This document shows positions 1-13,549 of a stretch of DNA of 64,000 nucleotides, one piece after another. The translations under genes were made by a program, and so were the position numbers. Under the pieces are notes generated by a model. It searched no databases, had not been told where the DNA came from, and worked only from the letters and a program-made list of their open reading frames with translations. Position 1 is the stretch's first letter. Each line of letters begins with the position of its first letter. This DNA comes from Squalus acanthias (Eukaryota), in the NCBI GenBank assembly GCA_030390025.1, contig CM059432.1, positions 28,708,001-28,772,000 on the forward strand, read 5' to 3'.

Positions 1-164
1 GGAGATCTGGGTTTAAGATATAGGCTCTACTGGGAGACTTGGGTTTGAAATCCAAACCAGTCTAGGAAGATTATTTCAGACACAGGGCCTAACAAGCTCA
101 ATCCCTCACAGGAAGCATACAACTTACCCCTTTAATTCCACCGTAGAATATTATAAGGCTCGAG

Positions 165-505
165 ATGGATTGGCTGGTTAAAGAGCTACACCACAGGGAC
201 CAGGAAGGTCCATGTTTTGATCTCCAGTCTTTGCTAAGTCAGCTGATCTCAGCCAGGTTGGTAGTAGAGGTGTTACAATTGGCCTCAACACACCTGGTAA
301 GGGAAATCAGTCAGGGTTCCTGCTCCTGAATGCTATCCCTGCTCTAAGTGGGTGTTTGTGTGTGTGCATGTATATATACACATTGGGACAAAGAGTACAG
401 GATCAGGCGCAGCTGTGATGCCTCAAGTAGTCAAATAGCTCACACATGAATAATAAGCACTCAAGCAAGATACTGGAGGGGAGAATCCCAGCATGAGTCA
501 CTGCC
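165..505 (+). mobile_element. LF-SINE-like SINE, degenerate
   Basis: Motifs agctgatctcagcc, ttggcctca, aatcagtcagggttcctgctcctga, caggatcaggcgcagctgtgatgcc and ctcacacatgaa recognised as LF-SINE consensus blocks. Related copies elsewhere in the window. Confidence 0.65.
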
Positions 506-2007
506 TACAGTAGAGGAGGAGTAAAATTTCTGGGGGGAAAAAAAATGTTATGGGTTGTTGTTTTCCTATCTTGCCTTGGAGAATATTTGCAAAGTAGTGG
601 AAGAACTTTCAGGCTGATTAACAGTCTGACAGGCCATAACATGAACGCTCCTTCCATGGCTGTAACCATCTTTATACCAGCCGATAGGGTAGTTAGTCTT
701 ATACAGCAGAAAGGTTTTATGGGCTCCGACAATCCACACAATGAGGGCTGGGACAAACACACCCAGATTTAAGAGCAAGAGTTCCGGTCTCCACTCAGGG
801 GGACTGTCTGGAGCGGGCTTCAAACACTGCACCTTCTGACTCAGAGGCAGGAATGTTACCACTAAATCATTCCATACTATGGGCAAAAGCTGACAATTCA
901 CTCTCACCTAGTATGATACGGTTCTTGTGTCTGTCAGAGTCAGCTCCTGTACATGTCCAGTATACACTGGGAAAAGCTGATAATCCAGAGCTGCGTGCCC
1001 TTGTGTCAGCTCCTGTACATGTTGTCCAGTTCCCAATACACGCTCTGTTGTGCAAAGCTCTGCACCCAGACCATTAAGTAGTAACATTTGCGCTATAATT
1101 TTAATAGAGTACTGGCATTACTACTATGAATTCTGGGAGTAGCCCACTACATAGCATTCTCTTGCTTTCACTCACATTCCATTGATTAAAAGCAAGAGGA
1201 ATCCAAGAATTCATTGGCACACTGCACAGGAGCACGTGATCAGAGTCCTGAAATATGAGGGTGTAATACACATTGGTGGCTTATTCCTATCTGGCACTGC
1301 ATCTCAGCACATGTGCTGGGTAGGTCTATACCAGATACAGCACAGAGTTGGGTGGCTCAAGGAGACAGCTGCGTTGATTTATCCGGCGTCTATGATGGGA
1401 ACAGTAGTCATAAAAATGGTGTTCAGCCTCTGTACATGTGGTCGACAGCCCCCTATAAGCGGCACACAGAACTTGTATGTGTGTGGCAAGTGCATAAACC
1501 TCCCGATACTGAATTCACACTTCCATCCTCAGGATTGCAAGCTCATGTGTGTGCTCTGTTCCAGTAAATCTTGGCATTGTTCTTGCTTTTGCTCAGTAAA
1601 TAATGCGGGGAAAGCAAAAGAATGCGAGAGAGATGGGCTAATTCCAACATTCATAGTGATAATGAAAGTCCTCCATTAAATCTGTGACGGTGAATTTTAC
1701 GATTTAGCGGTCCTGGTGCAAAGCTTCACACGACAGATTGGGAATTCAGACACGGATATCAGTGTGCCCAGTTTGTGGCCTACATGATGTTTCATCTGTC
1801 AAATTAATGGATGACCTCCACGCCCGGATTCCTGATATGCGCTCCTGTCGTGCGAAATCTAATGCCGGAAGAGCTAAGTTCAAAATTTACCCCAATAAAA
1901 GCTGCATAGACTCACCAGAGGGTTTTCACAATCACCATGGATGTTGGGACAGCCCCATCTCCTTGGTGATCTCTTGCATTTTCTGTCAAACAGCAGAAAA
2001 TAAGAAT

Positions 2008-2783
2008 AACACACACACACTAACACGCGCACACACACACTAACATGCGCACACACACTAACACGCGCACACACACTAACACGCACACACACACACTAAC
2101 ATGCGCACACACACTAACATGCGCACACACTAACATGCGCACACACACTAACACGCGCACACACACACTAACATGTGCACACACACTAACACGTGCACAC
2201 TAACACGCACACACTAACACGCACACTAACACGCACACACACACTAACACAACTAACACACACACTAACACGCACACACACACTAACACAACTAACAAAC
2301 ACACACACTAACACACACACACTAACACGCACACTAACACACACACACACACTAACACAACTAACACACACACTAACACGCACACACTAACATGCACACA
2401 CTAACACAACTAACACACACACACTAACACAACTAACACACACACACTAACTAGCACACACTAACACACACTAACACACACACATTAACACAACTAACAC
2501 ACACTAACACACACACTAACACTCACATTAACACAACTAACACACGCACACTAACACACACACTAACATGCGCACACACTAACACACACACACTAACACA
2601 CACACATTAACACAACTAACACACACACACACTAACACGCACACACTAACATGTGCACACACTAACACAACTAACACACACACACTAACACACTCACACT
2701 AACACACACACACACTAACCCGCACACAATCAAACACACGCACACTAATATGCACACACACTAACACACACAGACTAACACAC
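2008..2783. repeat. Compound (AC)n/(ACACTA)n microsatellite, about 780 bp
   Basis: Directly visible reiteration of acacactaacac(gc). Confidence 0.97.
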
Positions 2784-3496
2784 ATATCCTCCTCATAGCC
2801 CAAGTGAGTAAAGAGAGAAATAAATGCAAGGAAAGTGAGAGAAATAATTCAAAAGACAAAACGGAAGAAACGAGAAATAGAAAAAGAAAATAGACAGGGA
2901 AAAGAGGACACTATACTAGTGCAGCTTGGCTATGCCCAGAGACCTATATTGACAGATGCAGGTTGCATCTTTTAACTGCATTTGGTGTGAGGTTTGGTGT
3001 AACGCCTCAGGCACGCAGTGAGTGAGTGAAGTGATGCAGTGTGACTGCAGATCTCACACCTACAGCTTGTCCAATGTCGACAATTCTGATACTCCTTTAG
3101 AAATCCCATTATACTCCTCTCCTTCTAGAACCAAAACAAAAATTATTCCAAACATTTTTCGTGGAGACAGTGCCTCTTTAATTTATGAAATAGAAGTGAG
3201 TTATGCCCCTTTACCAAGCAATAAAATAAATCCCACTATCATTTTTTCCTTCATCACGTGGCACTCAATCAGAAACTGACCATCCACTTATCAGCAATAA
3301 AAACAAGCTGCAAATAGTCAGAAATTGCTATATTACAGGACACAGGGAGGCGCAAAGCAACCGAATTTTGCCCCCCCTGGAGTTATGTGTAGAACCCACA
3401 ACATTCTAATTCAGTGGCATGAGTGCTACTGACTGAGCCAAGCTTACAACAGCCTTCTAATACTCACGCTCTAAACTCACACATGAAGGATGGTTA

Positions 3497-5293
3497 TAAG
3501 AACATAAGAAATAGGAGCAGGAGTAGGCCATTCGGCCCTTCGAGCCTGCTCCGCCATTCAATGAGATCATGGTTGATCTTCTGCCTCAACTCCATTCACC
3601 GGCCCTATCGCCATATCCCCTGATGCCCTTACTAGTCAGAAATCTATCGACTTCTGTTTTGAATATACCCAATGACTGAGCCTCCACAGCCCTCTGGAGT
3701 AGAGAATTCCAAAGATTCACCACCCTCTGTGTGAAGAAATTTCTTCTCATCTCAGTCTTCAATGGCCTACCCTTTATCTTGAGGCTGTGGCCCCTGGTTC
3801 TAGACTCCCCAGCCAAGGGAAACATTCTCCCAGCATCCATCCTATCAAGCCCTGTAATAATTTTGTATGCTTCAATGAGATTCCCTCTCATTCTTCTGAA
3901 TTCAGGAGAATACAGGCCTAGTTTACTCAATCTCTTCTCCCGCCATCCCAGGAATCAATCTCGTGAACCTTTGTTGCACTCCCTCTATGGCAAGTATATC
4001 CTTCCTTAGGTAAGGAGACCAAAATTGTACACAGTACTCCAGGTGTGGTCTCACCCATGCCCTATATAATTGGAGTAAGACTTCTTTACTCCTGTACCCA
4101 AATCCTCTTGTAATGAAGGCCAGCATACCATTTGCCTTCCGAATGGCTTGCTGCACCTGCACATTCACTTTCAGTGACTCATGTACAAGGACACCCAGGT
4201 CCCTTTGAGCATTTGCATTCCCCAATCTTTCACCATTTAGGAAATACTCTGCCTTTCTGTTTTTTCTACCAAAGTGGATAACCTCACATTTATCCACATT
4301 ATATTCCATCTGCCATGTTCTCGCCCACTCACTGAGCCTGTCGAGATCCCCTTGAAGCCTTTTCACATCCTCTTCGCAACTGACACTGCTACCTAGCTTT
4401 GTATCATCAGCAAATTTGGAAATGTTACATTTAGTCCCCTCATACAAATCATTGATATAGATTGTAAATAGCTGGGGCCCAAGCACTGATCCTTGCGGTA
4501 CCCCACTAGTCACAGCCTGCCATCCTGAAAAAGACCCGTTTATCCCTACTCTTTGTTTTCTGTCTGTTAACCAATTCTCAATCCATGCTAGTATATTACC
4601 CCCAATTCCATGTGCCCTAATTTTGTTCACCAACCTCTTGTGTGGGACCTTATCGAAGGCATTCTGAAAATCCAGATACACCACATCTACCGGTTCCCCT
4701 TTGTCTACTCCACTAGTTACGTCCTCAAAGAACTCCAATAGGTTTGTCAAACAGGATTTCCCTTTCATAAATCCATGTTGACTCTGCCCAATCTTACTAT
4801 TAGTTTCTAAGTGCCCAGTTATTGCATCCTTTATAATAGATTCCAGCATTTTCCCAACTATTGATGTGAGGCTAACAGGTCTGTAGTTCCCGTTTTCTCT
4901 CTCCCTCCTTTCTTAAATAGCGGGGTTACATTTGTTACCCTCCAATCTGCAGGAACCGTTCCAGAATCTATAGAATTTTGGAAGATGACAACCAATGCGT
5001 CCACTATTCCAATGGCCACCTCTTTCAAAACCCTAGGATGTAGGTCATCCAGTCCTTGGGATTTATCGACTTTTAGTCCCATTAATTTTGCTAGTACTGT
5101 TTTTTTACTAATAATAATTTCTTTAAGTTCCTCATTCTCGTCACTCCCTTGGTTTTCTCGTATTTCTGGGAGATTTTTTGTGTCTTCCTCTGTGAAGTCA
5201 GAAACAAAGTATTTATTTAATTTCTCAACCATTTCCTCATTCCCCATTATAAATTCTCCCGTCTCTGACTGTAAAGGACCTATATTTACCTTC
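3497..5293 (-). mobile_element. CR1 (HER1-like) LINE, 5-prime truncated, ORF2 RT with frameshifts
   Basis: ORFs 3586..3930, 3923..4849 (GVPQGSVLGP, KFADD) and 4858..5247. (TAAGAACA)n tail at 3497-3510. Confidence 0.95.
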
Positions 5294-5815
5294 CCTTAAC
5301 AAATCTATGCTGACTGTCCTTGATTAATCCGTGATTTTCTAAATGATTTATACTGTACCTCAGAATTTTTTTCAATAATTTTCCCACCACCAAGGTTAGG
5401 TTGACTGGCCTGTAATTACTCAGTCTATCCCTTTCTCCCTTTTTAAACAATGGCTCAATGTTAGCAGTCCTCCAGTCCTCTGGCACCAGGCCTGTAGCCA
5501 GAGAAGATTGCAAAATGATGGTCAGAGCCTCCACCATCTCCTCCCTTGCCTCTCTTAACAGCCTGGGATACATTTCATCCGGGCCTGGCAATTTATCTAC
5601 TTTCAAAGATGCTAAACCTCTTAATACTTCCTCTCTCTATATATTTATCCCATCTAATATTTCACACTCCTCCTCCTTAACTACAATGTCTGCCCGTCCC
5701 TCTCTTCTATGAAGACAGACGCAAAGTATTCATTAAGAACCATACCCACATCTTCCACCTTTTTGGTCTTTAATAGGCCCTACTCTTTCCTTAGTTATTC
5801 TCTTGCTCTTTATAA
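5294..5815 (-). mobile_element. Second CR1 subfamily fragment abutting the previous element
   Basis: ORF 5286..5606 (KLPGPDEMYPRLLRE...NYRPVNLT) repeats a region of ORF2 already present in the adjacent copy. Confidence 0.85.
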
Positions 5816-7016
5816 AGAATCCATTCGGTATGTTGCCGTTCTTCTAAGCATTTCGCCATCGGTCATCAAGACTGAGGGGAGATCGCTGAAAGGCTTCACT
5901 GTGCTTATTCTGCACTGGTTCAGCCCCATCTCCTTCCTGACGTTGAATCATAAGTGATTATGATAGGATGAAGATATCTTCAGCCTCTCTTCACATTGTT
6001 GACATCACATTGGAAGAAAACAGCCTTAGGCAAATTACTCACAGTTGTTCCAAATAACCTTTCAGAATACTTGGGTGGAGTAATTCCATGAAACAGCTTT
6101 AAAGGGCTTTCTTCAACTAAAACAAAATCTTGTGGAGGGCCGGATGGTGCAGTGGGATTGCAGACTAACCTTTCATCTCTGAAATCTGGCACAGACTGAT
6201 GGGATGTAAGTCCTAGTTTGCTGTAAGAAACTAAAGTAAAATGAGCTTGGAGCAACTGAGTTCCTAATGTGCATGGACTCGCAGCTCACTAGTTGGCACT
6301 AATTCACGTAGAGAAGCCACAAGAGTAGCTGGTATGGGAAAGGCAGTGTTAATGATGATGGGCATACTCTTGAGATGGGGTTGAAGTGCTTGATGTTTGC
6401 TGCACAAAGTGCAAATGTATTCCATTCCCCAGCTGCTGATTCACTACTTTAAGGAACACTTCAATGCTCTTATGGTTCCAGAGGGGAGCAGCGCTCAAAT
6501 GGTGCATGAGTCGTAGATAAGTCTACACCAAGATGGACCCAGTTTTCTGCCCTCACTCCCTTTGAGCATAGCTCCTCCCTGGGAGCATGGGATCAGCCAA
6601 TTTACCATGAACTCCTACCCCGTCCATCCCTTTAAAATAGCAGTGCTATTAATATTTCAATAGCTCTCAATCCCCTTCCTTTAAGCAGATTTCAATCCAG
6701 CTCTGTGAATTAACTGCCTTTTCTGCGTGACCTGCTGCAGAAATGGTCTCAGCATTCATCTGTACAATGTTAATATAACTTGTTCTGATGTATTCCAGTG
6801 CTCTCCAGATGCATCCCAGTATCTGAATGTATGAATATTATTGATCACTCTGCTTAATGGGATGTTAGTCTGCTTAGACTCTGTTTGTTAAAGACATCTT
6901 CAAAGAGACAGCTTCCACATCAAAGGGTTGTGACGTGTGGACATGAATTTCTGTTGCCCTTTGCTGTTACATATGCAGAAGGTGGCTAGCGCTCCATAAA
7001 CTGCACTTGCAGAATG

Positions 7017-7466
7017 TCAGTTTGGCTCAGTTGATAGCACTTTCACCTCTGAGTCAGAAAATTGTACGTTTAAGCCCCACTCGAGCACATAGTCTAGTCT
7101 GTTACCTCAGCGCAGGGCTGCAGGAGTGCTGCATTGTAGAAGGTGTCATCCATCAGATGAGACAATAAACTGAGGCCCCTTCTGCGTGTTCAGGTAGATG
7201 TAAAAGATCCCTATTCAGAGAAGAGCAGGGAGTTCTTTCTCTCGGTGTCATGGAAACCTTCCTCCTTAAACCAACATCAACAAAAACAGATGAACAAGTG
7301 ATTCATCTCATTTGCTGTTTGCGGGACCTTGCTGTGCTCAAAATTGGCTGCTGCAATTTTCCACAAAACAGCAGTGACTACACTTCAAAAGTACTTCATT
7401 GGCTGTGAAGTGCTTTAGAACATCCTGAGGATGAGAAAAGATACTAAACAAATGTGAATTCTTTCA
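7017..7466 (+). mobile_element. DeuSINE (SacSINE1-like) tRNA-headed SINE
   Basis: A-box-like tggctcagttgatag, Deu-like core gatgagac..aaactgaggcc..aaagatccc, L2-type tail. Many sister copies in the window. Confidence 0.8.
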
Positions 7467-8905
7467 TATGTATCTCCAGCAACTGTATCCTTCCAAAGGT
7501 TTGCTGAGAGTAACTTGGAGAACTACAGACTTGCTATGTAGTGTTAACTACTGATTATGTTTGTACTTTCCTGCCTGTGTTTGTGCTTTGATGAGATGTT
7601 AAACTGAGGTTCACGCAGACATTATATGACATTATTTGAAAAAGAGTGGGCAGTTGTTCTGGTATCTTGGCCAACATTCCTACCTCAACCAACCACACTC
7701 AAAAATATTTTCTGGTCATTTGTAATTTTTTTCTATCTGTGGGATCCTACTGTGCACAAATTGACTGCTGCGTTGCCTACATGACAACAGTGACTGTACT
7801 TCTAAAGTAAAGTGCTTGAGACATATGGAGGATGTGATGAGGCACAACGTAAAAAAATGCACGTTCCAGTTCTGTGCATCATTTTAGTTAAATAAAAATA
7901 AGTAAACCATGACTGTAGATCATGACAAGCTATTTCATCTTGTCCAGAGCAATAGAACTAGAGGACATGGCCTGCGCTTGAAAAGGGGTACCTTCAAAAC
8001 GAATCTGCGGAAACAATAATTTAGTGAGCGAATAGTCAATCTATGGAACAGGTTTCCTGTGGAGATGACGGAAGCAAATAGTATTGATTAATTCAAATGC
8101 AAATTAAATCATTTTCTTTCTGAAAATAATTTTTTCTTTCAGCGTCACAATGCGTGTGCTGGAAATTTACCAAACCAGTTGGTCCAGGGAGACAGGAATT
8201 TACCTGACGCTGCCGGCAATCTAAACATAATACCCGTAAAGCAGACAAACGCTGGCATATAATTAATTTAGTATTTGGTTTTGAGCAAAGCATGTCTTGC
8301 CTTGTCCTGTGAGATTGTTGACAGATGAATCAAGAATCTTTACATTATTCTATCATTGCCTCAGTCTCATTTCCTGATTGAGAAATCAGCTGATAATTGT
8401 CGGTTAGCCTACAGGCTCCCTCTTACTTTTGCAATCTTCCTTGAGTCTATTTAATTGATACTTTATGGCCATTGCTCCTCTGAACTTTACTCTCTTGTTC
8501 CTCCTAAATTCCATATATACTGTCCTACATGTCTTCCTCCTCTTTGTATCCGTGCCAATTTGAACTGAAAACCCATAGGCTAGATTTTTCTGATTGGTTG
8601 TGCCCCGTAAATGGGTATAATCTAGATATAACCAAAAATATGGGCAAAGATCACACACACTGGATCTCTGCCCATTTGCTGTCTCACGTGATTTCCGAAT
8701 TGAAAATGATGTTGGAGGTGGAAGCTCCTCCTCAAACAGGTGGGAGGTCCTTTCTAAGATTAAAACAAGGCTCATTTCGATGTCTGTACAGTTGCCTGAC
8801 TTTTATGCCTGAGGAGAATTGAGTAAGCAAATGCCCATATAAAATGGGCATCCAGGGTTACTTGGGACTGTTTTGGATGTCAGGTTGGGGTTAAAACGAC
8901 ACATA

Positions 8906-9062
8906 GGGGGTGAAATTGGTCTTCAGCGGTTGCGCAAAATGGGGGCTAACGAATCAGCACCTTGCCCGATTTTCTTTTCCATTGATTCGGGCGGGATGTA
9001 AAAGGGGCTACTGATTTGCGCTCACCCGTTTTGCACCAATGCTGAAAATTAGTTTCAGCCCC
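8906..9062. mobile_element. Short palindromic MITE (PIF/Harbinger-like), 157 bp
   Basis: Ends gggggtgaaatt / agtttcagcccc. ATA on both flanks (8903-8905, 9063-9065). Arms are imperfectly self-complementary. Confidence 0.75.
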
Positions 9063-10215
9063 ATAGGAAGTGATACTGCTGTTGCTTAAGGCTGTTTTGG
9101 AAGCTTTTTTCTGTCTGTTTTGCAGTTAATTTTGGGGTTCAGTGACAACCAAGTTCCAAAGAGCACCCCATCTTCTTTGGCGCACTTGTACCAATAAAAT
9201 TTCTATAGGCCAATCAGAAAAGGGGCAGGGCTAGATGATTAAAAGCATGATTAAAAGTAAATATTGCCAAATTCTCCTCCTCCCCCCAGGCATTATTCAC
9301 ATCAGGAGCTCACCCACAGTATGTTCATGAGCCTGACACTGGAAATTCAGGCAGCATTGGCATACTAATGGTCGGGCGCACTCCTCCAAAGAAAGTCTTG
9401 AAGAAATGGCTCTTCTTTCATTACAGCAACCCAAATTATGAGGCAATATGATAGGAGTATTTGAAAACTATGAAAGATGAGACAGGGTAGCTAGAAGCAG
9501 AGTATTTCCAGTAGTTGAGAGGGTCAAGAACAATAGGCCACAGTTACAGGATTAAATGTAAGGTATTTAGAACAGAGGGCAGGAGAAACTTCTTCACACA
9601 GAGAGTTGTGGAATTCACTTCCAGGGTTAGTAGTTGAGGCAGAAATGATGTCAACACTTAAAAAATCATAATATGATTAGGCAGAGTCAGCATGGTTTTA
9701 TGAAACGAAAATTGTGTTTGACAAATCAATTAGAGTTTTTTTAGGCTGCAACTAGCAGGGTAGATAAAGGGGAACCAGTGGATGTAGTATATTTGGATTT
9801 CCAAAAGGCATTCAATAAGGTGCCACATAAAAGGTTGTTACATAAGATAAGGGCTCATGGGACTGGAGGTAATGTATTAGCATGGATAGAGGATTGGTTA
9901 ATGGACAGAGAGTTGGGATAAACGGGTCATTTTCAGATTGACAAGCTGTAACTAGTGGGGTGCTGCAAAGATCAGTGCTTGGGCCTCAGCTATTTACAAT
10001 CTATATTAATGACTTAGATGAAGGGACAGCGTGTAATGTATCCAAGTTTGCTAATGATACAAAACTAGGTGGGAAAGTAAGATGTGAGGAGGATACAAAG
10101 AGCCTGCAAAGGGATATAGACAGGTTAAGTGAGTGGGCAATAAGGTGGCAGGTGGAGTATAATGTGAGGAAATGTGAGGTTATTCACTTTGGTAGGAAGA
10201 ATAGAAAAACAGAAT

Positions 10216-10817
10216 GGACTGGATTTTCCGATCGGAGGCTTCCTGCGTGCAGATGCCTCCGATCGGGAAAAATCTACGAACTTACCTGCTGGCTCCGTAG
10301 GTCCTGAGACTTCCGATCCTGGGCCACTCCTGGTCCGTGCGCGCAGAGGCCCAGGTATCCCAGGGGCGCAGGCGGTTCACAAGCGTCCCTGGGATCACGT
10401 GGGCCATGGGGAACCAATCAAAGAAGGGAATCCCCCTTCACACTTTTGACAGTTCCGTACGCATAGATGTGTCAAAAGTATGAATGGGGATCACTTAAAA
10501 AACACAGTTAAACATTAAATAAAAATGTTTTAAATCACGTATTTAAAATTAGTTAAAATTACATTAAATTAAATATTTTACCAGGCGTAAGATTTTTTAA
10601 GGTTTTCAGCGGGCGGAGGTTGTGCAGAAAGCAAAACTCTCTGCCTGCAGAGGCCCTTCTCCCGGGCAGGTGGATGATGTGTCAAGAGGATTCTTGACAG
10701 ATCGGAAGTGCCGGTTTTTAGCGCATGAGCTTCGCATGCCTGAAACCGGCACTTGCGAGGCCCCTATGGGCGCGTACGTACCTCATCGGCACCCGTGGGG
10801 GTCGGAATATCCGGCCC
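10216..10817. mobile_element. Harbinger-like non-autonomous TIR element, family A
   Basis: Ends ggactggattttccga / tcggaatatccggccc with AAT TSD (10213-10215, 10818-10820). Removing it restores the CR1 sequence aaaaacagaatattttttaaatgg seen uninterrupted at about 54081. Confidence 0.9.
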
Positions 10818-11038
10818 AATATTTTTTAAATGGTGAGAAACTATTAAATGTTGGTGTTCAGAGAGATTTAGGTGTCCTCATACAGGAAACATAGAGAGTT
10901 AGCATGCAGGTACAGCAAGCAATTAGGAAGTCAAATAGCATGTTGGCTTTTATTACTAGGGGGTTAGAGTACAAGAGTAAGGAAGTCTTGCTACAATTGT
11001 ACAGGGCTTTGATGAGACCACACCTGGAGTACTGTGTA

Positions 11039-11256
11039 TGACATGAATCTTGTCATTCATGTATGAAGTAATACTGGGCAGCCTGCTGGTGGCGCTGTCC
11101 AGGGAGAGTATAAATACTTGGGCATGGGCCCAGCTTGCTTAGGACATTCCTCAACAGGAACTAGAGAAGGACACAACTAGATCTCCATGTTGAAAAACAG
11201 TTGATTAAAGCTTTGTTTAAAGCTTAGACCAAGTGCCTAGTAGTTTTCTTACATCA
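11039..11256 (+). mobile_element. Solo LTR, 218 bp, TG...CA
   Basis: 5-bp TSD GTGTA (11034-11038, 11257-11261) inside CR1. TATAAATA at 11109-11116 and ATTAAA at 11204-11209. Confidence 0.85.
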
Positions 11257-12116
11257 GTGTACAGTTTTAGTCTCCTTATCTAAGGAAGGATATACTTGCC
11301 TTAGAGGCAGTTCAACAAAGGTTCACTCGACTAATCCCTGGGATGAGAGGGGAGATTGAGTAGATTAAGCCTATACTCTTTGGAATTTAGAAGAATGAGA
11401 GGAGATCTCATTGAAACACATAAGATTCTGAGGGGAATTGACAGGATAGATGCTGAGTGATTGTTTCCCATGGCTGGAAAGTCCAGAATTAGGAGGCATA
11501 GTCTCAGGATAAGGGGTCGGCCTTTTAAGACTGAGACGCGGAGAAACTTCTTCACTGAGAAGGTTGTGAATCTTTGGAATTCTCTGCCCTATAGGGCTGT
11601 GGATGCTCAGTCGTTGAGTATATTCAAGGTTGAGATAGATAGATTTTTGGACTCTCGGGGAATCAAGGGATATGGGGATAGGGCAGGAAAGTGGTGTTGA
11701 GGTCATAGATCAGCCATGATCTTATTGAATGGCAGAGCAGGCTCGAGGGGCCGTATGGCCTACTCCTGCTCCTAATTCTTATATTCTTATGTTCTTATGG
11801 GAGGCCAGCCAAGGGTGCGTTGGAATAGCCAAGTCTAGAGGTAACAACGGCATGGATGAGAGTTTCAGTAGCAGACAGGGACTCGTTGGGCCAAACGACC
11901 CGTTTGTGTGTTTGTATTTCTATATATTAAGCAGTGCTACATGTGTACCCAATCAGAAAATCTACAATATCAAATCATCTCGTCCAATATGTTCTTCCCC
12001 AGGACCTCAAAACTATGGATCTCCCTATCTTCTTTTGTAATCCCTTATTTACACTCTTCAGCTTTTAAACCCCAAGGTTGGAATTACTTGGCCCTTCTTC
12101 ACTTCTTATATATCAA

Positions 12117-12540
12117 GCCTAGGCTCAGTGGTAGCATTCTCAACTTCAAGCCAGAAGGTTGTGGGTTCAAGCCCCACTCCAGAGACTTGTGCACCTAATC
12201 TATGTTGACATGTTCTGCACTGTCGGAGGTGCTGTCTTTTGAATGAGAAGTTAAACTTAGGTGCACTCAGATGAGTGTGAAAGATCCCATAGCACTATTC
12301 AAAGAAGAGCAGGAGAGTTCTCTCTGGTGTCCTGACCAATATTTATCCCTCAATCAACATCACCAAAACAGGTCATCTGGGCATTTACACATTGCTGTTT
12401 GTGTGGCATTGCCGTAAGCAAATTGGCTGCCGTGTTTGCTGCATTACATCAGTGACTACACTTCAATAGTACTTCATTGATTGTAAAGTGCTTTGGGACT
12501 TCATGAAAGGCGCTATATAAATGCAAGTCTTTCTTTCCTT
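12117..12540 (+). mobile_element. DeuSINE (SacSINE1-like)
   Basis: A/B boxes (ggctcagtggtag, gggttcaagcc), Deu core and aaggcgctatataaatgcaag tail. Confidence 0.85.
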
Positions 12541-13206
12541 CTATCCTCTTACTCTTTTCAACCTTAGTGTTGTCCTGCACTATGGACTTTGGTCATCACC
12601 TATGTTCTTAATAATGAAACACCGCCTGTGTCGGGGTTGGTAAGATCCACTTTGCAACAAATACTGTGATATCAACTCGAGCATAGCAAAAAAGGCTGAC
12701 ATCATTGACTATGCTTACAAGCTCTTCTATAAAGTTTTCCACAGGATCTTGGCCCACGAACAAACAAAAAGCATTTTTATTTTTCTGACCTATAATTATA
12801 TAGAAGGCTTCATGGTATATAGCTGCAAGGCTGAGTAAAATAATGTCATCTCTCCCAGAGTCCACTGCACGCAGGAATAATAATGCTGCAACATTTTACG
12901 GTAAGGAAAATGCAACATTAGAACTGGATTTTCCTGGGGTTTTTTTCAATTTTCACACCTTTTCTTCTGAAGCTGGTGGTATATGGAATCATAGAAGTTT
13001 ACGGCACAGAAGGAGGCCATTCGGCCCATCGTGTCTGTGCCGGCCGAAAAAGAGCTATCCAGCCTAATCCCACTTTCCAGTTCTTGGTCCGTGGCATGTA
13101 GGTTACAACACTTCAAGTGCCTATCCAAGTACAGTTCCTTAGCCCACCCTCAGGTATCTCATCTAAGTGGCTATTCTTAATGTGTGTGCCTAGACAGTGA
13201 GTGTGG

Positions 13207-13535
13207 AACTATAGTCAGAGGAGAGAGAGATCTATGAGACAGCTGCATTTTCAACTACAATTGAGGAGGGAGAGACATCTAGGCAGTTACTCCAAATACA
13301 GTCAAAAAAAGGGAGAGGTCTAAGAGGCAGCTGCTTGTCCAACTACAGTCAAAGGAGGGATAGATTTAGAAAAAAAACACCAGTTCAAATACAGTCAGAA
13401 GAGTTAGAGATCTAAGGGGCAGTCATTTATCCAGCTACAAACAGAGAGGCAAACAGGCAACTGCTTCTTTAGCTATAGTCAGAGGAGGGAGTGGTGTCGA
13501 GGCAGCCACCCATCAACTACAGTCAGAAGAGACAC
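13207..13535. repeat. Degenerate minisatellite, unit about 45 bp, about 8 copies
   Basis: Recurring aactacagtcagaggaggga...tcta..aggcag. Confidence 0.75.
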
Positions 13536-13549
13536 AGGCCAGTTACAGA

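Larger units (their letters stand above)
9660..11797 (+). mobile_element. CR1 LINE 3-prime half, interrupted by a TIR element and a solo LTR
   Basis: RT remnants (ORFs 9960..10307 and 11461..11700) and (TTCTTATG)n tail at about 11777-11797. Confidence 0.93.

Noticed and set aside
1880..2390. VCV/THT-rich ORFs
   Set aside because: They are translations of the AC-rich microsatellite.
5821..5945. Open minus-strand stretch as a candidate PLCG exon
   Set aside because: The translation (QEGDGAEPVQNKHSEAFQRSPLSLDDRWRNA-stop) shows no PLCG similarity.
8404..8775. ORF containing YMEFR as a candidate PLCG exon 2
   Set aside because: The surrounding residues do not match the PLCG PH domain and I saw no fitting splice sites.
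13207..13535. Regularly spaced repeats as a CRISPR-like array (also 38550-39035 and 49850-50225)
   Set aside because: The context is vertebrate, the units are degenerate along their whole length with no unique spacers, and there are no cas genes.
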